A stretch of 64,000 nucleotides of DNA from an uncultured Acidobacteriota bacterium (GTDB lineage: Bacteria > Acidobacteriota > Terriglobia > UBA7540): the NCBI GenBank assembly GCA_963804995.1, contig CAWDSK010000006.1:608001-672000 (forward strand). Direction: 5' to 3'. A model generated the notes under the pieces. The model saw only the letters and a list, made by a program, of their open reading frames with translations. It searched no databases and was not told where the DNA came from. Positions 42,679 through 53,274 of the stretch are shown piece by piece (position 1 is the stretch's first letter; each line of letters begins with the position of its first letter). A program made the position numbers and the translations under genes.

Positions 42679-43383
42679 ATGCCAATTTCAAAACGCGCGA
42701 CAGCGGAATTCGTCGGAACATTCTGGTTGGTTTTCGGGGGATGCGGGAGCGCCGTGCTTGCCGCGGGATTTCCCAGCTTGGGCATTGGATTTCTGGGCGT
42801 CGCCTTGGCCTTTGGCCTGACGGTGCTGACCATGGCGTTCGCCATCGGCCACATTTCCGGATGCCATCTTAACCCCGCGGTTTCCGTCGGCTTGTGGGCG
42901 GGGAAGAGATTCCCCGGTTCAGACTTGATCCCTTACATCCTTGCGCAGGTCGCAGGGGGAATTGTAGCCGCCGGCGTCTTGTACGTCATCGCCAGCGGCA
43001 AAGAAGGATTCAGCCTGGCGGGTGGCTTCGCTTCGAACGGCTACGCTGAGCATTCGCCTGGCGGATACTCGCTGACGGCCTGCCTGGTGGCGGAAGTTGT
43101 GTTGACCTTCATGTTCCTGGTGATCATCCTCGGCGCCACGGACCGCCGCGCGCCGCAAGGCTTCGCACCCATCCCCATTGGCCTTGGACTGACACTGATT
43201 CACCTCATCGGAATTCCGGTCACGAATCTTTCCGTAAACCCGGCGCGTAGCACCGGCCCGGCTATGTTCGTCGGGGGTTGGGCAATCTCGCAACTGTGGC
43301 TGTTCTGGGTGGCGCCGATATTGGGCGCGGCGTTGGCGGGCGCCTTTTATCGATTTCTCGCCGGCGATGGCAAGGCTGCTTAA
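42679..43383 (+). CDS. aqpZ: Aquaporin Z
   Basis: [18 protein letters not shown], two NPA motifs. Confidence 0.97.
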   Translation: MPISKRATAEFVGTFWLVFGGCGSAVLAAGFPSLGIGFLGVALAFGLTVLTMAFAIGHISGCHLNPAVSVGLWAGKRFPGSDLIPYILAQVAGGIVAAGVLYVIASGKEGFSLAGGFASNGYAEHSPGGYSLTACLVAEVVLTFMFLVIILGATDRRAPQGFAPIPIGLGLTLIHLIGIPVTNLSVNPARSTGPAMFVGGWAISQLWLFWVAPILGAALAGAFYRFLAGDGKAA

Positions 43384-43696
43384 CCCACGCACAGTTCGAT
43401 TGTATGAGTACGAAATGCCGCACCCTCTTGGTTTGGTCGCGCGGTAAAAATGAAGAAGGGATGGCAGGCCATACCCCAACAACCTAGGGACCTATGCTAG
43501 TATTTTTGGGTGGTGCGTGGAGGGCGGTTTCTTGATATTTCCCGGGGCGTAAGCAATCCGTCGGGGTGAGGGCTGGGCGGCGCCCGGCGAGTGGCAAGAG
43601 TCGCGCGCGCTCCACGCTCTCCGAATCCCCCCGCAATGCCCGCAGGGGCGGCAGTCTGAATTCGGAGCTTTAAACATCCAGGAGCGAGGTTTCCGT

Positions 43697-44035
43697 ATGG
43701 CGAATGATGGGCCCAACAAGAAGAAGAATCCTCCGGCATCGATGAGCATGATTGAGCCGCGGATTCGCAACATCTACCGGTCTTTCTACAAGGAAGGATA
43801 CTTCACCCCCTCCGCATTGGATTTGAAAACCAAGGAACTGATCGCCATCGGCTGTTCTCTGGTGGCGAAGTGTGAGGGCTGTTTGGAAGGACACATCAAG
43901 AAGGCGTTGGAGTTGGGCGCAACCAAGCAGGAAATCAGCGATGCGATTGTGGTGGCCATTGGCATTGGCGCCGCCAGCATCATGGACCAGGCCGACAAGG
44001 CGGCCATCAAGCTGGACCTGCATCACTTTGAGTAA
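43697..44035 (+). CDS. Carboxymuconolactone decarboxylase/AhpD-like protein
   Basis: LDLKTKELIAIG, CEGCLEGH, ALELGATKQEI. Confidence 0.9.
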   Translation: MANDGPNKKKNPPASMSMIEPRIRNIYRSFYKEGYFTPSALDLKTKELIAIGCSLVAKCEGCLEGHIKKALELGATKQEISDAIVVAIGIGAASIMDQADKAAIKLDLHHFE

Positions 44036-44084
44036 GGGGCGGGCGGACCCATCAAACTAAGCGGGGCAAAGTGCCAGGATAAGA

Positions 44085-44189
44085 CGAAAGTCGAAATTCG
44101 AAACTTGAAACTCGCGAGCTATCCATCAATTTTCGAGTTTCGAATTTCGAGCTTTGCCTCTGGCACCTGACACCTGTCACTTGACACCT
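44085..44189. repeat. Heptamer tracts (TCGAAAT/TTTCGAG inverted pair; CACCTGA units)
   Basis: tcgaaattcgaaacttgaaactcg...tttcgagtttcgaatttcgag; ggcacctgacacctgtcacttgacacct. Confidence 0.7.
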
Positions 44190-45386
44190 ATGGACTCCCT
44201 GGTGATCGGCAACCTCTTTCTCCTGCTCTTCCTGGGCTTGGCCGACAACCAGATGATCGCCGCACTCTTGCCCTCGCTCGTGAGTTCCTTTGACATCAGC
44301 GTCGCAACGGCGGGTTTACTGGTGGTGGTTTACTCGGTTGCGGCGGCGCTGTCGGCGTTCTTCTCCGGGACGCTTTCCGATCACTACGGGCGCCGGCGAT
44401 TTCTGCTGGCAGGGGTGGTGCTTTTTGCCGTGGCTTCCTGGGCGGCGGCGGAGAGCCGAACCTTTCGGGAGTTCATGTTGGCGCGTGCGGTAACGGGATT
44501 GGCGGCCGGCACACTTTCCACCTGTTCCATCACTTATGCCGCGGATTGGTTTGCCTACAACGTGCGGGGCAGGGCGATTGGGCTGATCTCTTCCGCTTAC
44601 TTTGCCGCGCCCATTCTGGGTGTGCCGATCGCCGCCCAGATTGCCGACCACTTCGGCTGGCGGCGGGCGTTCCTCTTCTTCGGGGCTTTGGCGGCAATCG
44701 CGATGTTCGTTTCCATCAGCCTGCCCAAGGAGCGCCTGAGCCCACTCCCCTCGACCGAGAAGTTGCGGAGCACGGTCGAAGCCTTCCGTTCCTTTCTTTC
44801 GCGACGGGACACCGCGGCGGCGCTGGTTATCGCCTTTTTGGTTTCAGGTGGTCTGGTGGGATTCCTGACCTACATCGGGCAATGGCTGAATATCCGCTTC
44901 GGTCTTCCCACCCGCACGATCGGCTGGGTCTTCATGCTGGGTGGCATCGTTGCGGTCGGGACAGCTCCCCTGGGAGGAATTGTTTCTGACCGCTGGGGAA
45001 AGCGCAACATTTCGATCGCCAGCAATGTCCTGCTCGCAGTCGCAGTGGCTTTCGTTCCGTTTTTTCCGTGGGGATTGGGTTTGCTTGCCGTCTTCGCTTT
45101 CGCGAGTTTGGGTGCAGCGTTCCGGCAGGGGCCCTTGACCGCGCTGATGACCGAACTCGTGCCCGCCGCGCAGCGCGGTTCCTTCATCGCCTCGCGAAAC
45201 ATCTCCTCGCAGCTTGGCATTGGAGTTGCGGCTTACGTAGGTGGGCTTCTGTTCCAACATTACGGCTACGTGGCGGTCACATCGCTTTGTGCGGTGATGA
45301 CCGCCATAGTGGCGATTTTGCTCGGAACCCATATTGTCGAGCCGGAGGGATCGGGCCATCGTGCCGTTGGGGCCTCGGAACATTGA
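44190..45386 (+). CDS. MFS transporter
   Basis: GTLSDHYGRRR and GIVSDRWGKR motif A copies, about 12 TM segments. Confidence 0.93.
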   Translation: MDSLVIGNLFLLLFLGLADNQMIAALLPSLVSSFDISVATAGLLVVVYSVAAALSAFFSGTLSDHYGRRRFLLAGVVLFAVASWAAAESRTFREFMLARAVTGLAAGTLSTCSITYAADWFAYNVRGRAIGLISSAYFAAPILGVPIAAQIADHFGWRRAFLFFGALAAIAMFVSISLPKERLSPLPSTEKLRSTVEAFRSFLSRRDTAAALVIAFLVSGGLVGFLTYIGQWLNIRFGLPTRTIGWVFMLGGIVAVGTAPLGGIVSDRWGKRNISIASNVLLAVAVAFVPFFPWGLGLLAVFAFASLGAAFRQGPLTALMTELVPAAQRGSFIASRNISSQLGIGVAAYVGGLLFQHYGYVAVTSLCAVMTAIVAILLGTHIVEPEGSGHRAVGASEH

Positions 45387-45429
45387 CTCAGGGGCCCGCT
45401 CACCCTAGGGGCAGGTTTGAAGGAGAAGC

Positions 45430-46371
45430 GTGGAGGGAAAAGTGCCGTCGCGGGCGCGAATTCTGAAGGGTGTTCGAAATGTGTTCTTGATGGTGGCCGT
45501 GCTGGTCGCCGCGTTTTTTCTCGTCGTTGTCCCCTGGTTCTTCACCTCGATCATCACCTACCGCCAATATCACTATCCCGATCCGAACGATGGGAAGACC
45601 CCGAAATCCTACAACCTCGATTTCCAGTGGGTGGAGTTCCAATCCTCGGACGCAATTCCCCTCAAGGGTTGGTACATTCCCGCCGAGGGCGCGGCGCGCG
45701 GCACGATCGTCTATTGCCACGGACTGAATCGGACGCGCATCGAGATGCTGCCTGACGCCGTCTTCGGGCACAGCCTGGGTTACAACGGCCTGCTCTTCGA
45801 TCTTCGCCACCAGGGCATGAGTGGCGGCCCCATCACCACGCTGGGTTACCAGGAACGTCTGGATGTTGAGGGCGCAGTGCGTTTTGCGCTCGAGCAGGAG
45901 AAGGCGGCGCGGCCGATCGTCGCGTGGGGAGTCTCGATGGGAGCCTCGGCGGCGTTGCTATGCGCGGCTGAGTCGCCGAACGTCGCCGGGGTGATTTCCG
46001 ACAGCTCTTTTGACTCTATGATGGGTACGCTGCAGCATCACTTGAAATTGTTCCTGCATCTCCCGGGCTTTCCGATTGCCGACGAAGTTGGTTATTGGGT
46101 CGCCTCGCGTGGCCACTTCCGGCCCGGGGATTTCGACCTCGTGAAGGCGGTGGAACAAATCGGTGATCGGCCGATTCTGTTCGTCGCGGTCGAGGGTGAC
46201 CGCCGCATGCCTCCCTCGATCGCTCAGACTCTCTACGCGCATGCCCGGAGCCCGCAAAAGAAAATCATCATCCTGCCCGGACGCCGCCACGGTGAGGGGT
46301 TTAACCAAGCCCGCGAGCCCTACGAGAAAGCCGTGACGGATTTCCTGGCCAGCCTCCCCGCCGGGAAGTAA
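45430..46371 (+). CDS. Membrane-anchored alpha/beta hydrolase
   Basis: LKGWYIP, YCHG, FDLRHQG, WGVSMGA nucleophile elbow. Confidence 0.9.
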   Translation: MEGKVPSRARILKGVRNVFLMVAVLVAAFFLVVVPWFFTSIITYRQYHYPDPNDGKTPKSYNLDFQWVEFQSSDAIPLKGWYIPAEGAARGTIVYCHGLNRTRIEMLPDAVFGHSLGYNGLLFDLRHQGMSGGPITTLGYQERLDVEGAVRFALEQEKAARPIVAWGVSMGASAALLCAAESPNVAGVISDSSFDSMMGTLQHHLKLFLHLPGFPIADEVGYWVASRGHFRPGDFDLVKAVEQIGDRPILFVAVEGDRRMPPSIAQTLYAHARSPQKKIIILPGRRHGEGFNQAREPYEKAVTDFLASLPAGK

Positions 46372-46373
46372 GC

Positions 46374-46448
46374 GGGTGGCGCTCCGAGCCCCGATAGCGC
46401 GTTCTTTCCAAATTGATCATCGGGTCCAAGCGCCGGAGCGGGGCTGAC
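46374..46448. repeat. Family C repeat (partial) with nested 40-bp module
   Basis: 46385-46424 identical to 9381-9420. Confidence 0.85.
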
Positions 46449-46502
46449 AAGGGGATAGCCGATTGCTCGTCACTTGTCACCCGCCGCATGTCACTGTCTA
46501 CT

Positions 46503-47357
46503 TCAGTTCATCATCGCCCGGATACGATGGATCAAGGACTTCACGTCTTGGATCTGGGGGTCATCCGGCGGGGAGAGGCTCAGGTAGGTGCGGAAGTCGG
46601 TCAAGGCATCAGGGTAGCGCCGCAGAAGATAGTAGATCATGCCGCGATCGTGAATCTCCTGGCGCGAAGCGGGGTCGAGGGCCAACCCCAGGTCGATCAT
46701 CATCAGAACTTTGGGAAAATCCTTGCGGCGAAAATACGATCCTTTCAAATTGTTCAGCATGCGGCCCAGGATCTGTTTAGAGGTCGAAGCGGCCAGGTAT
46801 TCCGCCCGCAACTCAGCCTCTTCCCCGAAATGTTCTTTCAGCCTGTCCACGCAATCCTGGCGGCTCATAATGGCGCCGCGATGGTAAGGGTCAATCAGGA
46901 TATCGCCCGAACTGGTAAGGTACTTGACAAGAAAGTGGCCGGGAAATCCCACGCCCACGACGGGCAGGCCACGCCGGCGCGCCACTTCCTGGTAAACCAG
47001 CGAGAGCGTAATGGGAATACCCTTCTTGCGGTCCAGCACGTCATTCAAGTAGCTGTTGCGCGGGTCGTCGTATTCTTCTTCATTTCCGGAAAAGTTCTCT
47101 TCCTCGAAGAGGCGGCGGTTCAAGCCGTCGATATTCTTTTGGGGGGAGCGGTGGGGATCACACTCGGCGCGGGCCGCCAGCGCGTCCAAGCGAGCCAGTT
47201 GTGCCCCCACGTCGAGATCCCGATACTCCGTGCGAGCCAGAAGCAGGGCGGCCCGGTCGAGGCAAATCTCACCCTCGGGAAGCTTCAGGTAGTATGCGAG
47301 TTCATGAACTGTGTCCGGTAGATCCATGTTGGGAATTTGCTGCTCGCCCGCGGCCAT
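46503..47357 (-). CDS. SirB1 / transglutaminase-like TPR protein
   Basis: FSGNEEEYDDPRNSYLNDVLDRKKGIPITL, GFPGHF, RMLNNLK. Confidence 0.9.
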   Translation of the reverse strand: MAAGEQQIPNMDLPDTVHELAYYLKLPEGEICLDRAALLLARTEYRDLDVGAQLARLDALAARAECDPHRSPQKNIDGLNRRLFEEENFSGNEEEYDDPRNSYLNDVLDRKKGIPITLSLVYQEVARRRGLPVVGVGFPGHFLVKYLTSSGDILIDPYHRGAIMSRQDCVDRLKEHFGEEAELRAEYLAASTSKQILGRMLNNLKGSYFRRKDFPKVLMMIDLGLALDPASRQEIHDRGMIYYLLRRYPDALTDFRTYLSLSPPDDPQIQDVKSLIHRIRAMMN

Positions 47358-48268
47358 CAGCCCCGGAACAGATTGCGCATCAGGAAGAGCAGATTGGCTG
47401 GCCGTTCCGCCAGCCGGCGCATAAAGTAAGGATACCACTCCCGCCCATAAGGAACGTAAATACGCACCCGCCAGCCCTGTTTCAGGAGTTCGCGCTGCAA
47501 CTGCCGTCGAATGCCGTAGAGCATTTGGAATTCGAATTTGTCCGGGGAAATTCCCTGGGTGCGCGCGAACTGCTTGGTGGCCATGATAATCCGCTCGTCA
47601 TGCGTAGCAATAGCATGATAGAAACCGCTGGTTAAGAGCTTCTCCGTCAGCTTCTCGAAGCTCTCGTCCACGTCCCGCTTGTGGGAGAAGGCAATATCGG
47701 GCGGCTCCTTGTAAGCGCCCTTCACCAGGCGAATACGCACGCCGTATTTCAGAAGTTCTTCCACATCCGCCGCAGTACGAAAGAGGTACGCCTGAAGGGC
47801 AATCCCCACCACATCGGGGGGCGCGTTGATGGCTCGAAACACCCGCAAGGTGGCCTCGGTAAAAGCCGAGCCTTCCATATCGACGCGCACAAAGTTCCGG
47901 TGCTGCGCCGCGCGCTCAGCAAGTAACCGCAGGCTACTTCGCGCCAACCCTTCGTCATTGGCCAGGCCCAGTTGGGTGAGCTTTATGGAGACGTGCGAGT
48001 CAAGCTTCTCCGCCGCCAGGCAGTCAAGCAAACGCAGGTAGATTTGGCAGGCGGCTTCGGCGGTCGCTGCTTCATGCACGCTCTCACCCAGGTGATCGAG
48101 CGTCACCGTGAAGCCCTCGGCGTGGAGTCGCCGAATGGCGCGCAGGGCGTCCTCGACCTCTTCTCCGGCAATGAATCGCGCCGCCAGACGCCGCCCCACA
48201 GCGTGTCGCGTGAGGAAGTTTTTAAGGCTTTCGCGCTCGGAGAGGAAGAGAAGGAAGGAACGGAGCAT
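47357..48268 (-). CDS. Monofunctional proline dehydrogenase
   Basis: TLDHLGE, SIKLTQLG, RLVKGAYKE, FEFQMLYG, YFMRRLAERPAN. Confidence 0.95.
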   Translation of the reverse strand: MLRSFLLFLSERESLKNFLTRHAVGRRLAARFIAGEEVEDALRAIRRLHAEGFTVTLDHLGESVHEAATAEAACQIYLRLLDCLAAEKLDSHVSIKLTQLGLANDEGLARSSLRLLAERAAQHRNFVRVDMEGSAFTEATLRVFRAINAPPDVVGIALQAYLFRTAADVEELLKYGVRIRLVKGAYKEPPDIAFSHKRDVDESFEKLTEKLLTSGFYHAIATHDERIIMATKQFARTQGISPDKFEFQMLYGIRRQLQRELLKQGWRVRIYVPYGREWYPYFMRRLAERPANLLFLMRNLFRG

Positions 48269-48274
48269 AGCCGC

Positions 48275-49195
48275 TCAGTGCTCAGCTTCCAGAAATCTTT
48301 CCGCGTCCATCGCCGCCATGCAGCCTGAGCCGGAGGCCGTGATGGCCTGCCGGTAAACCCGGTCCTTGACGTCACCGGCCGCGAACACGCCGGGGATATT
48401 GGTTTTCGATCCTTCGCGAGTGATGAGGTAACCGAGGTCGTCCATATCGAGCTGTCCGCGGAACAAGCTGGTGTTGGGCTCGTGGCCGATTCCAATGAAT
48501 ACGCCATCCACGGATTTGAGGGTTTCCTCGTGGGTCTTGACGTTCTTGAGCTTGATTCCGGTCACTTCGCGCTTCTGCGCGTCCAGAATCTCTTCCACCC
48601 CGGAGTTCCAGATGAATTTGACCTTCTCATTCCGGAACAGGCGGTCTTGCATGATCTTGGAGGCACGCAACTGCTCACGGCGGTGGACGATGTTCACGGT
48701 GGTGGCATATCGCGTCAGGAACAACGCATCTTCAGCCGCTGTGTCGCCACCCCCCACCACCGCGACTTCCTTCCCTCGGAAAAAATAGCCATCACAAGTA
48801 GCACACGTGGAAACCCCGTGCCCCAGCAGCTTGCGTTCGGATTCAAGCCCCAAGAGCTTTGCCGAAGCCCCGGAAGCAATGATGAGGGTGCGCGTCTCGA
48901 TTTTCTCCTCGCCGGCCTCGAGCACGAAGGGCCGGCGGGAAAAATCCACGCGCCCCACGTTGCCTTCCTTGAATTCCGTCCCGAACTCTGTGGCCTGTTT
49001 CTGCATCAGCTCGATGAGCTCGGGCCCCTGGATGCCTTTGGGGAATCCCGGAAAGTTTTCGACCAGGGTGGTCAAGGTCAACTGTCCGCCCGCTTCCATG
49101 CCGCGGATAACCAGCGGCTGCAAATTGGCGCGCGCCGCGTAGATTGCCGCGGTCAAACCCGCGCACCCCGAACCAATAATCACTACGTTCCGCAT
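48275..49195 (-). CDS. trxB: Thioredoxin-disulfide reductase
   Basis: IIGSG, GGQL, CATCDG, VGGGDTA, FAAGDV, YRQAITA. Confidence 0.97.
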   Translation of the reverse strand: MRNVVIIGSGCAGLTAAIYAARANLQPLVIRGMEAGGQLTLTTLVENFPGFPKGIQGPELIELMQKQATEFGTEFKEGNVGRVDFSRRPFVLEAGEEKIETRTLIIASGASAKLLGLESERKLLGHGVSTCATCDGYFFRGKEVAVVGGGDTAAEDALFLTRYATTVNIVHRREQLRASKIMQDRLFRNEKVKFIWNSGVEEILDAQKREVTGIKLKNVKTHEETLKSVDGVFIGIGHEPNTSLFRGQLDMDDLGYLITREGSKTNIPGVFAAGDVKDRVYRQAITASGSGCMAAMDAERFLEAEH

Positions 49196-49341
49196 GTGAA
49201 GAAGGTCTCCGGTCGCTATTAGAAATGGACCAAATATTTTACTCGATGCCCTCCGTCTCGTACAGCCACTTCTTCCCGGTCGAGTTGCCCCTTCCCCGCC
49301 CCCGCCAGCGAATTGCGGGTAGAGGGTCAATTTGGATTGTT

Positions 49342-49407
49342 GTAGCGGCGGTCTCCGACCGCCGAAGCCTATTAAATCCAAAGCCGGCGGTCAGAGACCT
49401 CCGCTAC
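49342..49407. repeat. GTAG-type REP doublet (REPIN-like)
   Basis: gtagcggcggtctccgaccgccg ... cggcggtcagagacctccgctac in inverted orientation. Confidence 0.8.
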
Positions 49408-49517
49408 AGCAAATCGACCCACCCCCGAATTGCGTGCTCCCTTCATTTGATGCTACAACTAGGACTTTGCATCCAGCCATCCCGGGGAACCGATTCGCGC
49501 CGCCGAATAAGTCTGCC

Positions 49518-50424
49518 ATGGAAGCGATTGTACTCGAACACGTCAGTAAGCGCTTTGACTCCGTCGTGGCCGTAGACGACCTGAGCCTGCGTGTTCGAGC
49601 CGGGCTCGGTTTTCGGGCTACTGGGCCCCAATGGCGCCGGCAAAACCACTTCTTTACGAATGATCATGAACATCCTGGCGCCCGACGAGGGATCCATCCA
49701 GGTGCTCGGGCAACCGCCCAGCGAACGCGTGCAGGACCTGATCGGATATCTCCCCGAAGAGCGCGGCTTGTACCCGCGCATGAAAGTGCGCGAAGTTCTG
49801 GTCTTTCTTGCCGCGCTCAAGGGGTTGAGTGAAGCCGAAGCCGCCAAGCGGGTTCACACCTGGCTCGAACGACTGGAGCTCACCGCCTGGGCGGAAAAGA
49901 AGATCATCGATCTTTCCAAAGGGATGCAGCAGAAAGTGCAGTTCATCGCGGCGGTCATCCACGAACCTCGGCTGCTGATCCTCGACGAACCCTTCACGGG
50001 CCTTGACCCGGTCAACGCCACCCTGATCAAAGACATCATGTTGGAACGGCGCGAACAGGGCTGTACCCTCATCCTTTCCACCCACCGCATGGAACAAGTG
50101 GAGATGATGTGCGATGCGATCTGCCTGATCCATCACGGGCGCAGCGTGCTGGCCGGGAACTTGCGCGCCATCAAGCAGTCCTACGGCAAGAATACGTTGC
50201 GTATGGAGTATTCAGGAGATGGCAATTTCCTCGACCTGCCGGACCTGGTGGAAAGGCTTAACCACTTCGGCGCCGTGGTGGAGGTCACGCTACGGCCCGG
50301 CGCTGACCCTCAGGAAATCCTGAAGGCCGCGCTTGCCCGCGGTGTGCGCCTATCGCGCTTCGAGTTGGTTGAGCCGCCCCTGCACGATATCTTCATTGAG
50401 AAGGTTTCGGAGGAGCATGCGTAA
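49518..50424 (+). CDS. ABC transporter ATP-binding protein (NatA/YhaQ-like) (apparent frameshift at ~49595, probably sequencing error)
   Basis: MEAIVLEHVSKRF joins GPNGAGKTT if one T is removed; LSKGMQQK, ILDEPFTGLDP. Confidence 0.9.
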
Positions 50425-51694
50425 AATCTGGTTGGTCTTCAAGCGCGAATACCTGACGCGCCTCCGGACCAAGGGATTCATCATCAGTACAGTCGGACTG
50501 CCGCTCTTTAGCGTCGGCGTCTTCGCCATCTCCCTGGGCCTTGCGACGCTCAGAACAGATCACCCTTTGAAGATTGCCATTCTGGATAATCTCGGAGGCC
50601 TTACCCCACAAATCACTGCAGCTCTGAAAGAGAAACTGCCGGATGGGCAGCCCCTCTACCAGATCGTGGGCACCTGGGACCGCCCCGCTGCCGGGCAGAG
50701 GGTTCAACTGGATTTAAGCGAGCAGGTTCGCGAGGGCCACCTGGACGGCTTTCTACTGGTTCCCCCCGATGTTTTGCAGGAGAAGAAGGGTGCGACCTAC
50801 CATTCCCGGAACCCGGGTGATTACCAAACCAGCCGAGCTCTCAGCCGCGCTTTTAACAGGGCAATTGTCGCGCGCCGTCTCAGCGATCGGGGGATTCACG
50901 TCGACAACCTCAGCGAAGTCATGCGCAGCGTAGAGCTCTCGGTCGTTAGAGTCACAAAGACGGGGGAATCCGAGGAAAGCGACGAGGGATTGTTAGTCCA
51001 AATTTCCGTCGTCATGGTGCTTTACATCACCCTCATGGTGTACGGCGTCATGACGATGCGCTCCGTGCTGGAAGAAAAAACCACCCGCATCGTCGAGATA
51101 CTGGCCTCTTCAGTAAAGGCCACTCATCTCTTAACCGGAAAAATCCTGGGCGTGGCCGCGGTGGGACTCACCCAGTACCTGATCTGGACGCTGACCGCAG
51201 CCTTTGTTTCCACCTATGGGAGGACAGTGAGCTCTGTGCTCGCGCCGGGCGCGTCGCCGCCGGCCTTCCATCTGCCGCTGCCGTTGCTGATCTATCCGCT
51301 CATCTTCTTTCTGGCCGGATACTTCCTTTACGCATCGTTCTACGCCGCCTTGGGCGCCATGGTTTCGAGCGACGAGGATTTGCAGCAGGTGCAACTTCCC
51401 TTCACCCTGATGCTCGTCGTCTCGTTCATTCTCTATCCCATCATCTTGCGGGATCCCAACTCGCCCCTGTCTGTAGCCCTCACCCTGATCCCTTTTTTCG
51501 CACCCATCTTGATGGTCTTTCGTATTACCGTGCAGACCCCACCCCTGTGGCAAATCGTCCTTTCGCTGGCCATCTGCGTGGCAACCACCGTGGCGGTCAT
51601 TCGCCTGTCCGCAAGAATCTATCGCGTGGGCATCCTGATGTACGGGAAGCGGCCCTCGGTGGTGGAATTGCTGCGCTGGCTGCGCTACACGTAG
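50417..51694 (+). CDS. ABC-2 permease (NatB/YhaP-like)
   Basis: KREYLTRLRTKGF, VLEEKTTRIVEIL, IYRVGILMYGK. Confidence 0.92.
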   Translation: MRKIWLVFKREYLTRLRTKGFIISTVGLPLFSVGVFAISLGLATLRTDHPLKIAILDNLGGLTPQITAALKEKLPDGQPLYQIVGTWDRPAAGQRVQLDLSEQVREGHLDGFLLVPPDVLQEKKGATYHSRNPGDYQTSRALSRAFNRAIVARRLSDRGIHVDNLSEVMRSVELSVVRVTKTGESEESDEGLLVQISVVMVLYITLMVYGVMTMRSVLEEKTTRIVEILASSVKATHLLTGKILGVAAVGLTQYLIWTLTAAFVSTYGRTVSSVLAPGASPPAFHLPLPLLIYPLIFFLAGYFLYASFYAALGAMVSSDEDLQQVQLPFTLMLVVSFILYPIILRDPNSPLSVALTLIPFFAPILMVFRITVQTPPLWQIVLSLAICVATTVAVIRLSARIYRVGILMYGKRPSVVELLRWLRYT

Positions 51695-51744
51695 CGGCGA
51701 CCTTGCGCGACTTTGTCCAAATTACGCTTATATGGGCGCGGCTA

Positions 51745-51799
51745 ACTCCCCTCCTCAGATGAGGAGGGGTGGCGCACCCAGCGCCGGTGTGGTGCTGAC
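51745..51799. repeat. Family C palindrome without nested module
   Basis: actcccctcctcagatgaggaggggtggcgcacccagcgccggtgtggtgctgac. Confidence 0.85.
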
Positions 51800-51952
51800 A
51801 TAATCACCCCGTGTACGTGGTGTGTCTGTGGTATTGCTGTGGGGGAGGTTGGGGTGTATGGTTGTCTCGGCCGGGGCGCCCAAAATAGTAATCCTGGTCA
51901 GAAAGACATGTGTCACAAGAGAACATTTTCCAGATACCACGGACGGGAAACC

Positions 51953-53274
51953 ATGACAGCACCAAACCAGGGAATCGGCAGGCGGCAATTCCTCAGCGCA
52001 ACTGGCGCTGCGGGACTCCTGATCATCAAACCGCAACTCGTGCGCGGCACCGCAGCCAATTCGGCAATTCGACTCGGTTTAATCGGTTGCGGAAATCGCG
52101 GGACATACGTAGCCACCTCCTTTGCAGACCACACCAACGCGCGCGTGGTCGCACTCGCGGACTTGTTTCAGGATCAATTGGAAAAAGGCAAACAACACTT
52201 TGATAGTCTGGCGGCGAAAAGGGGTTATGCCGGGATTGATTCCAAGCTGATGTTTCGCGGGCCGAAAGCTTATCAAGCCTTGGTGAGCTGCCCGGAGGTC
52301 GACCTGATTCAGATCTCCACACCTGACATCTTTCACCCGCAGCACCTGGAAGCCGCTGTGCACACCGGCAAGCACATCTATTGCGAGAAGCCCGTGGCGG
52401 TGGATGTAAGCGGCTGCAAGCGCGTGATGCAGATCGGGGAGCAAGTTCGGGAGCGCTTCAGTCTCGACATCGGTTTCCAGCTTCGCAGCGTGCCCCCTAT
52501 ATGGAACTCGTCCGCCGCATTCACGCCGGGGGCTTGGGCAAAATCGCCTGCGGCGCGGCGGCTTTCCATTCCACCGGCGTCTTCTACCCGCCGCACCCCA
52601 ACGCCTCACCTCTGGAGTTGCGCATTCGAAACTTTTTTTGGGACCGCGTCATCGGCGGCGACATCATTGTCGACCAGAACATCCACCTGCTGGACCTGTG
52701 CAACTGGATGCTGGAGGCGCACCCGCTCAAAGCCATCGGCACGGGCGGCAGAAAGATTCGGGAAGATTTCGGAGACTGCTGGGACCACTTCGACGTCACC
52801 TACACTTACCCCAAAGACGTGCACGTTAACCTCAATTCCTTCCAGGGCGCCAAAGCTCTGTTCGATGCCTCGATCCGCATGTTCGGCTCGAAAGGCGTCG
52901 CCGAGCTGCATTACGAGGGCATCGTGGGCCTGTACGGCGAAGAACCCTGGGAGTGGGAAGGCAGCGTCGGGCCCGCTTCACCCCGACCTGGGCACGCGAA
53001 TATCTACGAGCAGGGTACTGAAGCCGCTGCGGAACGAGTCTCGGGAGTCTTCCATAGCGCCCTCGAACACGCCGACTCCGAAAAGGAAAATGCCTTTATC
53101 GACAGCATCACCAGTGGAAAGTTTCACAATCAGGCGGCCACGGGCGCGGAGTCAGCTCTGACCGCCATCCTGGGACGCACCGCGGCTTACACCGGTCGGG
53201 AAACGACTTGGGATGAGATGATGGCGTCCAGCCAAACATATGATCTGGAACTGCGAGGGAATCGACCTGCGTGA
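51953..53274 (+). CDS. Tat-signal Gfo/Idh/MocA oxidoreductase (frameshift in C5 run 52493-52497, probably homopolymer error)
   Basis: GRRQFL signal, GLIGCGNRG, YCEKPVA, continues in second frame GDIIVDQNIHLLD. Confidence 0.88.

Noticed and set aside
43384..43696. Riboswitch upstream of the CMD gene
   Set aside because: A ctccgaat/attcggag stem exists, but I could not recognise any known aptamer consensus
52493..52497. Phase variation at the C5 run in the Gfo/Idh/MocA gene
   Set aside because: Run is short, and a one-base homopolymer deletion is the commonest long-read error in a sequence that already shows systematic errors
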